A stretch of DNA of 64,000 nt from Marsupella aquatica. Taxonomy: Eukaryota > Plantae > Marchantiophyta. Location: assembly GCA_973895155.1 (NCBI GenBank), contig OZ316894.1:15988699-16052698 (forward strand), written 5' to 3'. Positions within the stretch are counted from its first letter, which is position 1, and every line of letters begins with the position of its first letter. The notes beneath the pieces are model-generated. The model did not search any database. It was not told where the DNA came from and saw only the letters and a program-made list of their open reading frames with translations. A program made the translations under genes and the position numbers. Shown here piece by piece: positions 23,967 through 36,405 of the stretch.

Positions 23967-25813
23967 TGGATGCGCAATTTGCTGTGGGCGATGTGCTCAG
24001 TGGGAGAGGTATAAGCAAGGCGAGGAGCTTCCTGGTCGGACCTCTGAGTTTGATATGTGATAGTGAACACCAACATATTTTATTGAATCCCCACAGATGG
24101 CGTTTTTTGGATGTTACGGTAGCAATGTACTCCTAAGCCAAGGGAAAGAACTTGAAACCGGAGTCTCGTATCTGTGACCGGCGGTCCTTTAAGGCAGCCC
24201 TATGTTCAGTTGGAGCGCAGCGCTTGTCAAGACCAACCGTCGATAATGTCCGGTGAAGCGAACATTGCTGCTCTGCTCTGCTCTGCCTGTTCTGTTCCGT
24301 TTCGTGCTTTTCCCTTGAATCGGGTTTCCTCTCTCCGGCTGATCTGTAGCGCTGTTTGAACAATCATTCATTCGGTGCTCCAGCAATGTCACTCATTTCA
24401 TTGATTCGTTTTCGCCTGCTGCACTTGGAGGCATGAAAAGTGCTGGCAGACAAATTATGGGATTCCCTGGGAGCCGAAGCTCGCTGCGCCAGTTAGTTCA
24501 ACGACAGATGAATTCCGATAGATGTGTTCCATCAGCTCTGATATACTGCTCGCCTCATACGCAGAGTTTGGCCTCATTGGCATCAACATTGGTCGCTTCT
24601 TTCAAGCAAGACTTTGACTTGCTTATTAGGTCTGCATTGCAAAGTGGTAATCATTTCCCATCGTCAGCTGATCAATCAAAATTTCATCAATCGGTTTTGC
24701 TGCCCCTATGTGCTCTGTGGATGGTCCTATGTCAGCAACTACAGGCGATTCTAACGATAGGCTCATTCATTCAGCTGTGGCTCCGAATTCGCACGCCTGC
24801 TTTCCTGTAAAATACTCATTCAAGTCTGGCCCACGCTTACGTACTTAACGTAGAGCGAGTGGCTTTGAAATTAGTTCCATCGTCTCAGTCTGATCAAGGG
24901 GGAATGCAGAATTTTTCATCGGGTACTCAATAATTTGAAAGCCATTTAGAGCAAGTCGTTGATTTCGTCTCTTTCAGTCGAATGCCCAGTTTTCTCATAT
25001 AGTTTCCCCACTGGTCTCTCTTTCCTACATTCGTGTCTTCTGAGGAGAGAAGAGGCTTCAAGCTGCAATGTGCAAGCCTAGGATTGTAGGTGGACGGAGA
25101 GACGGATGGGTCATTCTCATTTCCGAGTGAGATCCTTAGCGGGAGAATTTATGGTTTGCAGATTTATAAGGTTCTGAGAGTAAATGGCCTCGAGTAGGAG
25201 GAACAAAGTCTAACGATGGGTCATACCAAATAATCTTGGGCTGCGCACGCCGCTAACCAGTCGTTGCACAATTCTTGTCTCTCGCACAATTTCAGTCATC
25301 TGAACAATCTCTACATACAGCCTCTCTCGCAGAAATCGGCTCAAGCGAAAAAATTTCATGTCTGCACCAAAGATTTTACACTACATCTCCAAGATAGTTC
25401 CGCAAGCCAGCCTCATTTTGAAAACCTCCTTCATTCAGGGACGTCAGTCCCTCCCCTTCATCCACCATTCATAGACTCGAGAAGTGACAACCTCATTTCC
25501 ACGAGAGTAGAGCACGCCAATCTATTGAAATTAGCAGTGAGATTGTTGTAAACAGAGATAAGGTACGCTGTTTGAGTGGCATGGAGCTCCGGGAATCATT
25601 ACAGGTTCTTCAGCAGCAGCAGCAACCCCGCTTTGTCTTCTGCACCCAAGAAGCGATGTCTCGTTATGCTTTTCTTGCCACTGATTGCAGGTGATCTCTT
25701 CAAACTGCTCGGCTCTGTTATTGCGTTGAGCTCCCGGGAGTGGAGTGGGGAATCCATCCATGGGCGGATGCTGCGCGCCAGGGACCCTCGGCCCAGCAGC
25801 AAGTAGCGAATCG

Positions 25814-28800
25814 ATGGTGGACGGCATTGGTTCCGGTTGCAGGGAGACCAAAAGCAATGGTAGTAGCTGCGGGGGTGACTTTGCTGAACTGACGACAGAA
25901 GAGGAAGGCTTCCTGGGCACCGGAACTTCTGCGTTTCAGGTGCTTCATGCAGGAGCACAGGAAAGCTGCAGTACTACGCCCGTGGAGAAGAGAGGAACGA
26001 CGGTGGACGTGGAGAAGCTTCTGCGAGTCCTCGAAGTCGCAGTTGAGAGAGAGGTTCCTCGCTCACCTTTGAATGAAGAGTAGCTCTTTGGTCACGTGTC
26101 TGAATTTCCCACTAGTTAAATCCATAGAATTTTCAAAATTCGTGAAGAACAGAATTTTTGCCCAACTTTGCAATCGCACGTCGCTACTCTTGATCGCTCG
26201 TCCTCCAAAGGGCAGCTCTTCATCCACGGGCTAATCTGTAAAGCTCATGTGGCTGTTGCAGTATGTGGATGGTTTGAGAGACCGTTTCAATGCAGGTAAT
26301 CAGTACAGAGAAAACGCTGAATCCTTGCATTCCTCATTGGCTGAATCCGCAACTTCTGTGTATTCTGCAGCAGGAAGCGCGTTCTCAAAAAGTTGCTCAA
26401 ACAACGTGAGAGTCTCTCTCTGTCGCGTCATGGCCTTTCCTATTCTTTCATATTCGGCAGACGATTAGTCGGTGCAGAATCGTGCCTAGTGTGTAAATTT
26501 TCATTCTCATATTCTCTCAGGTGCAGATGTGGTCTGTCAGTGACAGCCGGCTTAGTGAAGAGGCTGTAACAAGCCTCGTGGTGTTTGGGGATTTGAATAC
26601 ACTGTATGTTTCCTGAGAAGAATCTGATACAGGGTCTTATGTCCTGCTCTAGTTTACATTGGATAACTAATGAGATGATCTCGAACCAAAAAGCTGGTTC
26701 TAAAAAGAGGCTCGGCCTAGACCGTGACTCACAGAGGGAGCACCTAAATGCTACCCGAACTGTATGTAGTGTAGTCAACCGTCAAGAAGAAGAAGCAATG
26801 CCCACGTTTGCAGATCTGAGTATTCTAGGGTCATGAGCTCTATTTATAAACTCCTGGGATAATTCTTGTACATACATTAGTAAGACAACGGTAGTTGATA
26901 GTGGATAAAAGTTATGTACTAAGTGTTCGGGTGCAATATAGTGCCAGAATCACGTGAGCTTTGGATTTTGGAGTATCTAACGAGCATTCCACACCTTCAT
27001 GGTACAACAGAGCTCTACAGGAGCTGGAGAGTCATGCAGTTTGGAAAAAGACGACGGAAGCTCGACCACCAATCATGGGCACGATGAAGACAAGCAAAGC
27101 ACTACTTTTGATTGGGCAGAAAGAATGGAAGCGGCTCTAGAATGCATGCATCACATGCAAAGGCGAGATCCCCAATCAGAATTGAAAACAAGTATCACCA
27201 AGCAAATGATTGGGGAGAAAACCCTCGGTAACTTTGAGAGAATCCTTCAGCAGATTTTGACGTTGGATACAAAAGAGAAATCAGTTGAACCAAAGGCGCC
27301 TAGTCCATGCCGTTCCCAACCAGATGTGTTGACAGAGTTTGATGATTACCCAAGAGGTAGTTCTGACACCAACTCAGAAGAAGCAGAGAGAGACAGGAAA
27401 ACAGTTTGCAGCACACCAGTGATAAACTGCATCATTCCAACCCATCAAGCTAGAGCAACATCCTTTCTTTCCCTTGGATTAGTGCAGTGTCAACAACCAA
27501 GGGAGAAACTGGCATCCCCTACAAGTTGTATCAGTGAAGGATCAACGAGACTTGATCAGTCTGATTCAACAGTAAATCAGGCCAGAGAGATTTCACATCG
27601 AGCTACTGAAATTTTCTCAAGTTCATTTGAAACAGACCAAAGTGGGACGGGAGGAGCTGATGATTCCTATGCAAATTGGCTTGAGAGACACTCAAAAGAG
27701 CTTGGATGGAAGAACAATTCCAAGTACAAGAGAATGGCAAACTTGCGTGAGCTTGAGACATGCACAAAGGAACATGGACAATGTACTTACGGAGAGTCTA
27801 AGGTTGGACTAAGTGGACTTCAGCTACTCCAAAAGCAGGTGAATGGGTTTGAATCCGATTGCAGTCGATCTTGGACAAGCCAGGGTGACCTGGCCGAGTT
27901 TGAGTTTCATACAAGACATGATGAGAGGACGAGTGCTGCTCATCTGAAAGGTGGAGAACCTATCAGGGGAAATGCTAAAAGTATGGATGACTTAGAGACC
28001 AATTGTTCGACATCTCCAAGAGGTCAAGGTAGTCGAGAAGACGTTTTAAAGTTTTGTTCGTTCCAACCTGGAGAACACGGCCAGGGTTCCTTCAAGTTTA
28101 CTCCGGATATCCAGTCAGATAAAGATTCTTATGCATCTTTAAGATCGATCCAAATTCGAAACCCATCATGTTCTTTGCCGGGGAACAATTCACTGCATCT
28201 GCAAGACTGGGCAAGAGCTGATCTGTCAGATCGGGCAAAGAGTGAGTTGGAAAGGTCAAATAAATCCGCTTTGATAAACGTTACTCCACCCCAGAGTACA
28301 TCTCCCAGGTATTCCTCAGACTACGGAGGTGCGAAAGCCCTTCCTAACCCATACCTTCTGGTAGAAACACCGTCAAATGGATTACGTGAGGACTCAAGGT
28401 GCTCAAAAATGAATTCCAGACTTGATACACCCAAATCAGTTCTCTCGGGAGGCAGGGATCCAGAGTCAAATGACAATCACAGAGAAAAGGTACATATAGT
28501 TCATAAAATTACAGTCAGATTCTTGGTCAATATGCTGCGTTTCAAATTATTTGATAATTAATTTTCTACCGCATTACTGACTTTGGAATCATCGCGGTCA
28601 CGTCAACTGTTGCACTCTCCGATAGAACTAAGTTCATTCCCACTGAGAATCTGCAAACGTAGGAAGCAAAATACGTCCCATCCTACTATCCATAACTCCC
28701 GGGCATGGACGTTGACAGGTATCGGTTTGTGTGCGTATGAGACCCTTTAACGACCATGAGAAAGTTTGTCCATTGAGACAGGTAAGAACTGGTGCCTAAA

Positions 28801-31800
28801 TTGTGAATGAAATTTGCGGTTATCGTACTTTTTGTGACTTGCTGCAGAGACAGTAATAGCCAGCCCATCACTGATGTCATTCCTTAAGATCAAGACCGTT
28901 GGACATTTGTTGTGGCAGCTGTTGTGCGTTATGGGAGAGAAGGTTATAGTGAAAGAGTATGACAGGCCTTCACTGAGGCGAAGCATGGACAGCAGTGACG
29001 CGGATTTACTAGAATTCAGGGTCGACCGTGTGCTCGATGACAGCTATTTGCAAAACTTTCGAGCTGAGAGAAAAGAAGATTCTCAAAGAAGAATGTTTGA
29101 GTCTATCGGTTTACCCTGTTTGGAGTTTGCTTTGGATGGCTACAACACAACAGTGAATTCCCAAACTCAATTTTCCTAGTAGCCAAATTTACTATATGTA
29201 CCTGGCCTCTCCCCAAGAAAGGAGATGTACCTACATGTGATAGTTTTGTTTCATGTTTCATGTTTCATGGCTCTGTTTCATGTTTAGTTTATTAGTATTG
29301 AAAGTCGATTATCTCATCCCGGTGGAAGCAGTTGTTCGTGTAGAAAACTCCCCCAAGAATAATTTTTAACAGTAACGCAGATTGATTTTCGCTAAGAAAT
29401 ACTTGAGAATATATCGAAGTCAAAAGTCTAGGAGACTGATGGGTATCATTTTATGATTATAGGTTCTTGCATATGGTCAAGTAGGTACAGGAAAAACTTA
29501 TACAATGATGGGTGATGGAACCGAAAATGGAAGTGGACTGGTAAGTGATGATTGAACATTTTTGCAAAACTGTACTTTGATCTAGTTACTTGGCTAGAAA
29601 GGTGAAGTGCTTGAGACTTGTAGGCCTGTATTATCGTTTTGTGTGAATACTTTCTTTGCGCTGCTCCCGAATACTTTCTTTGCGCTGCTCCCATCTACAT
29701 TTCACAATCAAAGCTACGACAGAGTTGAATGTATGTTTAAGATGAGAGAAATAATATCGAATTCACATTGTTAGGATCGCCGGCAGAGGGAGAGATTTGC
29801 AGAGATTGAAACCAGGCATGTATTTGGATTTTGCAAGGTAGATGCCAAGGCTGGCCAAGGAATTGATGAGTCAGCTAAAGACAGAATTCGAGGGTGAGTT
29901 TGAAGTCCAGGTACTCGTTGCTGTACACTAGCTATTCTTTCCCATCGCTAGTTGTGACCTGTAGTGGAATTTGCTAAAACCTATGTCCCGTAGACTTTGC
30001 GTCCGTTGCACCTAGGATCTCTTTTCACATGTGGTAGAAGCAGGATTACAACGTAGTGAATCAAATCACATACCAACACGATTCTGGTAGAGGGTTTCTG
30101 AAGTAAAGGTTGTTTTGTATATAAGCCAACTTCCTCTATTCCACCCCAGGTCAGCTATCTGGAAATTTATCAAGAAAAGATTCGTGATCTTCTTGCTGTT
30201 CAAAAATTGGACCTCCACGAATCAAGGTGTGGATCAATGAGAAGTTGCACAGCTAGTTGTTTCGACGGCTATGAGGATAGCACCTATGAAAACTCAGTGG
30301 ACTATGACACAACAAGTCATGCGAGCTTGTTTGTGGGGACACCTAGAAGCTGGAGCTCTGAACGTATCCCAAGTGTTTATTTTGATAATCGAGTACCAAA
30401 GAAAGAATATTTGAAAGTTCGAGAGCACCCAGTGACAGGTCCGTATGTTGAAGGTTTGTTGTGGAAGGAAGTTACAACATGGCAAGACTTGGAAGCAATG
30501 ATGTTGCGAGGAGCAGCCAACAGGACTATTGCACCAACTCCTTTGAACAAGCTCTCAAGTCGTGGTCACACACTCTTTACCATCAAGCTGATCAGGGCAT
30601 GCTTTCTTCTCTCTTCTATACTTAAACCTCACCAGTAACATTTACGTCATTGTCATTTTTGCAGTGAGCATGGTAAATTTGTAAGGAACGACCCACAGCA
30701 TGACCTTAGACTTCCATTGAACACTGGCGCAATGACTCCCTGGTTCAGGGATGCCAAACTTATACGCTAACAATCTGATGATGCACTGAAGAAAGACAAG
30801 CCTCTGGCACCCCACCGGCATGTTTTGCGTTGAAGACTTCAATTAGTATGATCGAGAAGTTTCTAAATCAGTGAAAATCACTTCATATTTCCCCACGTTC
30901 ACAACCCTCAGCTGGAACGTAGACAGTATCTCTGGCGGTATCTGCACCAAAATTGCCGCAAACGCCTCCCCTCGGAAGCACAATGAAAGATGAACGCTGG
31001 TCCTTGAATGATGCAATCAGCCTGTAGTGCAACTGTACAATCTAGAGGAAATTTAAATTTCGGCGTCCAGCGCCTGCCGTCGTTTCTCATTTTCAAGAAA
31101 TTCATCGCGAATTCTAATGTTTCGTCTTGATGAACAGGGAGGCAGGAGGTTTGTTAATGGCTGTCCCAGCTCATCGTTTAGCGTCATCAACCTGGTTGAT
31201 TTAGCAGGTGTGCTAAGCTTCAATCTGGGTCGCATTTACCACGACCCAAACCCCCTTTTGGTTGTTAAGTATCTCTTCAACAGCTAAGAACGATTCACGA
31301 GTTCATGTTTGCTGACCAAAGCAATTAAAAAATTTCAGAGGACACGGAAACCCAACCAATTGCACGTTCTAGGTATGCCAAATGGAATTTGATTCTTTAA
31401 ATTTGTACTAGAAGCGAGAGTTGATTTCTATTCGGGACTGTCCTGATTGTGTCTAATAAATTACGTTTCAGGAACTGAGAAGCCCCAATCTGCCAAGAAG
31501 GCATCAGTGGAGAGGCTAGACGAATCCCGATACATAAACCGGTCCCTTGCCCAGCTAAATGATGTAAGTTCACTTCTATAGCGAGCCAAAGTAAGCCACA
31601 CCTTGGAACTATCTGCTTCTAAAACTACTCCATTGTGTTTAATCTCAGTTTGCTTTCCTGATTGGTATAGATCCAAACGGTATTCCCAACGGACTGCAGT
31701 AAGTCCTTGCTGAACCTCCCCATTGCATAATGGAGAGCACACTCTTGTATTGCCTTTGACTCATTTGTAACTTAGGCAAGGTAAGTGGGGAGACTCACAG

Positions 31801-32763
31801 AATGGGTCAGAGCTTATAAGGAGAGGTGTTTATCTCACTGCTGCCCAAAATAACTCAATCTAGAAACTTGTCTGCAAATATGTCTATGGGGCGTCCTGTG
31901 CAGGTTATAATAAATCTCTCCAAAAACAAGAAGTTCATATCGTACCGCGGCTCTGCTCTCACATGGCTACTTCGAAATTCTCTCGGTGGAGGAAATTCCA
32001 AGTTGTTTCTAATCGCCCACATCTCTCCTGCTGAACAGGTGGCTTGGTTCATCGCAGACTCTCTATGTATGGATTGAGTACACTAGTAGAATTTAACTTC
32101 TTAACCATTTCGTAATCGGCCGAGAGAAGACACTAACTTATCGCATCATCTCGTGCTGTCGTTGATGCTCAGGAGAGTTCAATTGGCTTAATTTATCATC
32201 ATCATAATTCGATTAGCTCCACAAGTTTGGGACTCCATTCTCTGAAATGAAATCTGGATTTCTGAGTATTTTGACAGTTTTGTTCTCCTAGTTGTTTTGT
32301 GGTGACAGCCTGAGTAAAATTAATAAATACTTCGCTCACCTTACTGCATGAAATTCAATATGAAATTCGACTGCGGTTCGGTACATGTCGTGTATGTAGA
32401 CAGTCTGAAACACAGAGGATAATAATGGAGTAGTATCCTGTTGTCATGTTGCCGATGATGAATGAGCAGGATTTTCAGGAAAGTGTGAACACTCTGCGGT
32501 ACGCCTCCAGAGCGAATCGTGTCCACAGCATCATCGCGTCTCATCCTGACCACAAGAAGCAGCTGCTGGTACGTATGAAGAAGGAAATTCGAGTGTTGCA
32601 CAATCTCGTTCACGACTTGACGAAGAACAAGATCACGGAATGCCCAGCCAGTGACGAGCTCAGACGCGCCAGCGCGTACCCCTCCTTGCAGCAGTCTCAA
32701 GGTAGTTCGGGTGCCACAGAGATGTATATGGAGCCAACAAATCTTCCCGAATTGTTTGCTTAG
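25814..32763 (+). CDS. Kinesin motor protein (~1070 aa): long low-complexity N-terminus, kinesin-3-like motor in the C-terminal half; 12 predicted exons
   Basis: Phase-consistent exons 25814-26053, 26262-26295, 27021-28489, 28719-28781, 28919-29152, 29463-29540, 29842-29910, 30150-30596, 31138-31207, 31472-31563, 31904-32038 and 32470-32763. Motor motifs VSVCVRMRPFN, FALDGYNTT/VLAYGQVGTGKTYTMMG, VSYLEIYQEKIRDLL, LKVREHPVTGPYVEGL, NKLSSRGHTLF, INLVDLAGTEK, YINRSLAQLNDVI, YRGSALTWLLRNSLGGGNSK and NTLRYASRA. The first two exons are less certain than the motor exons. Confidence 0.9.
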
Positions 32764-35700
32764 CCAGCTCCCCTCACCTTTGGCTTCCCTTCCCATTTTT
32801 TTTTCGGTACGTGCACATTAGAGTACAGCCACCCCACTAGGTAGCTATCTAGGCGAGGTATGTAGTGAACTCTGTCACACCTTGGTCTTCATGTTTGAGC
32901 ACTTTAGAGCATGTTATGCTATGGCTAGTTGTAGTTTTATGTCTTCAGTTTTGTAGCACTTTAGATCATGTTATGCTATGACTAGTTGGAGTTCTATTTG
33001 CAGTACTTAAAAAGCCATGTGTCTATCTTCTTATTTCGAATCCCCAACCGACGAACGAATTTTCATCATGGCAGCCGCTTTCTGCTCTCGACCAAAAGCC
33101 AGTTAGCGAAGAAGAAGCTTGACGTTATAAATAATGTTAGGCAGGACGTGATCCGTTTGAACAAGCCTTGATTGTCCCTACGATTGGACGATAATCAAGT
33201 CCAAGCTCTTATTATTGTAACAGCGAATGTTTGATTCATTCTAAAGATGGCTCACATTTTCAGAACTGAGTACGTTTTTGGAAATCTGTGGTATGTTACA
33301 GCAGCGTCAAATTGGCTTTGTGCCAGAGCCCTGACCTAGGATAGAGCCTCCATCCAGATTTTTGAATCCCAAAATGTTCTTTGCAACAGGCCTATCATAT
33401 GTACTGGCGCTTGCTTGGAAAAACGTTTTTACATGGATTTGGTTGCCAGCAAAATGCAAAATCTTTTTGTTTTGTGTTGCTTTTGTCTCGTCACCAAATG
33501 AAGCAGGTTTAATGAAAGTCAAAGTTCTAAACAACAGATTCATGTTAAGACATATCTTTCTAAGATCCCATGAAAAAATATAGGAATATGATCCAAAACA
33601 AAAAGTTGGATGGAGATCTCATACCACCAGTAACAACGTCACAATAGTTGGCATCATCCAAAACTTGCTAGTAGTGTTCTTTTCTGAGAAATCCTGTTTT
33701 GAGGACCAAGTTGTCCATGAACAAGAGAAACATTTACATAAAAACTTGCAAACTCTTTTCCCTAGAAATTTCATTCATTGATGGAAGATATTCAACGACG
33801 GGAGATACATGTAGAGAGCTTTCCTGAATCCACCTTTGTCAAGAAAATAGTGTAAACTCAATATGCTCAGGATTCGTTTTGTGGCAGTAAAATCATACTG
33901 GGGTTGACAGGTTGCTCTTTCTGGCCAGAAGCACTTCGTATGCTTGGCCTGGACACATTCTCAAGTTGAACATTGTTGGTGTGACCCACACAAATGGGTT
34001 TCTGTAGTCATAATCCCAATCCAAGAGGTGGTGGGAACAATGATAAAGCCATGCCATGCAATGAAGCAATGCAATGTAAAAGCTTTTCTACCTGAAACTT
34101 TAACGCCTCATATAGCTCCAAGATCAGAAACAAGGTCTCAAGACCAGAGGCATCACCCTGAAGAAAACAGGCTTTATCCCAAAAAGACCCAACTCGCCAG
34201 GGAATTCCTACGCGGAAAACTGTGAGAAAACTTTGGGAACTTTATTAAATTTGAAGCGGATACTTTAACACTGTTCAGGTTCTCGTCGTGACTGCGGTCT
34301 TCCCTGGTTCTTGGTGCACAGTGAGGTGAATCCGTTGCCTCGAATTCCGCCCCAGATGATCGCTATGGTAACACCAAAGTTTGGGAAGGATGACATTTCA
34401 CCTTCCCAGAGACAATACATCATAAGTGCGATTTCAACATGGTCGAAATTCTTAGCAAATCGTTCCCTGTCATCGTTCCTTTACATTTGCGATTGCGAAT
34501 TTTACACATGATCCTTGCTGGGAATGTAACGCATTCGAACACTTCTTTTCTAGACAACCTTCAGTAAACACTTTAGGTTGTGGCTCCTGGTAGAGGATCG
34601 ACATTTACGAAGGGAAAGAGAAAGAGAACGTGAATCGAAGAGCATGTCATGCAGAAGGGATTGTGAGCTACCGTTTCGTTTGCATAACTTTCAGATTCAT
34701 TCACTTTGAGGCGATGTCAACCCGAATTTTAGGAGACGTTCACATAGAAGGGTGCAATCAGGTTTGTTACCATTGGCAAATCTGAGGTAGTCACCTCTCA
34801 CTAATGTCGGCGGGTAGAAAATCCGCCCTACGTATCTTATAAGTACATTAAATGAAACATCTAATTTGGACTGCGGTGGATGGACGGCACATGACGTTCA
34901 TCCACACGAAATACATACCATTATTCTTAAAGACCTCCACATAGAGGGTAAAGAATCCTATTACTATACTAAATCACACCCTAACCATATAATGGGTCTA
35001 CTGATGGAAATTGGAAGACCCCACCCCACAGCCACACCACTAAACACTTGAACGGCAACACCTGCAGATGCAACCCTGCTCCCTTGAACTGAATTGTGTT
35101 CAAAGATAAACACATAATACCGGTGTCTGCTTCTTAAACCAAAACGAGGCATAACTGATTGCCGTTATTACTTTCAGTAACCACCACCTATCATCGACAA
35201 GGACGACAGATGCTAACTTCTAAGATCAATTAATGCCACAATCACTAGAAATCAACCATATTTTGAAGAACATTTACACCGCCATGTAAAAGTAAAGGTA
35301 TGATACACAGCACCAATAGTTAAAGCTTTTGCACAATCTTCCTCGCGAGAGAGAACCTTATGCCTGTGAGGCACTGGCCATCACAACCAACATAGCAACG
35401 CTGAGACTTTGGTAATTCCCTTGTTCGCAGTGACTTGGTGTCCCGATGATGCCCACACCTGCTATTGATTGTCCATGTGCCTGTGTAAGACGCATTGTGC
35501 AAATGGCGAAATAGTAAACATGACGAAACCCACATTACGCTTAAGATAGATTTAGTTGTACTGCATATCCCCGTAACCACTTGGCTGTTTGTTACCCAGT
35601 AGGATCATCATCCCTTAGAATTTGGACTGGAAGACAACTGAACTTGGCTGGACAAATCATCCAGTAAAAGCAGGTATATGTATAAAAGTACCTGCATATA

Positions 35701-36405
35701 ACCCCGATGTGAACTGCAGAAATATTTTACACTTCCACATCTTTGCAGTTAAATTATTGGCTAGATCCAGAGATTTTATACACCTGCACATCTGTTCCAC
35801 TGAAACGTATCATTGAGAACCCCAAGATGCGACACCACAAAGGAAGCTCTGAAAGGTGACTACCATATCTGGGGACAAAGTCATAAACTTTGCTGCTGAG
35901 AGCAAAAGGAGCTTCTAATTGCATTCTATTCTTTTGAGCAAAGACATTGTGTAAGCTAATAACGAAAGTAAACTCGCACCGTCCGGTATGAAGCACGGAA
36001 GGTACCTTAGCATTCCTTGGCTGAGATAAGATAGTTCAGCTAACAATGTTGCTACAATTATGTACCGGACAGCCCGTACCACATAATCTGCATATTACTT
36101 CCGCGAAAGTCATTCCAGGCTTGTCAATATCCACATCGTCTGACAACCCATTAGCCATAATCGACCCTTTGCCCTGCTTGGAACTGGATCATCCTGTACA
36201 CTAGTGCCTGCCCCAAAAGACATTGATCAAAGAGCAAATGAGCAAATTTGGGCGTTGGTAGCTTAGGAAAACGGAGCACCAGGGAACTTTATACATCACA
36301 TAGAATCCAAGAATTGTCCACATACCTAACGAATGAGATGAAATTCACAAAGCGAGAAACAGCCCGTTTACTGTTGGACGTAGCACTTACAGAGGAAAGT
36401 TGTTC

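Noticed and set aside
24433-24810. Peptide shared with the ORF at 13639-13929, suggesting a small gene family
   Set aside because: The similarity comes from the DNA-level inverted duplication, and the two copies diverge in frame after ...RSALQ, so the frame is not conserved.
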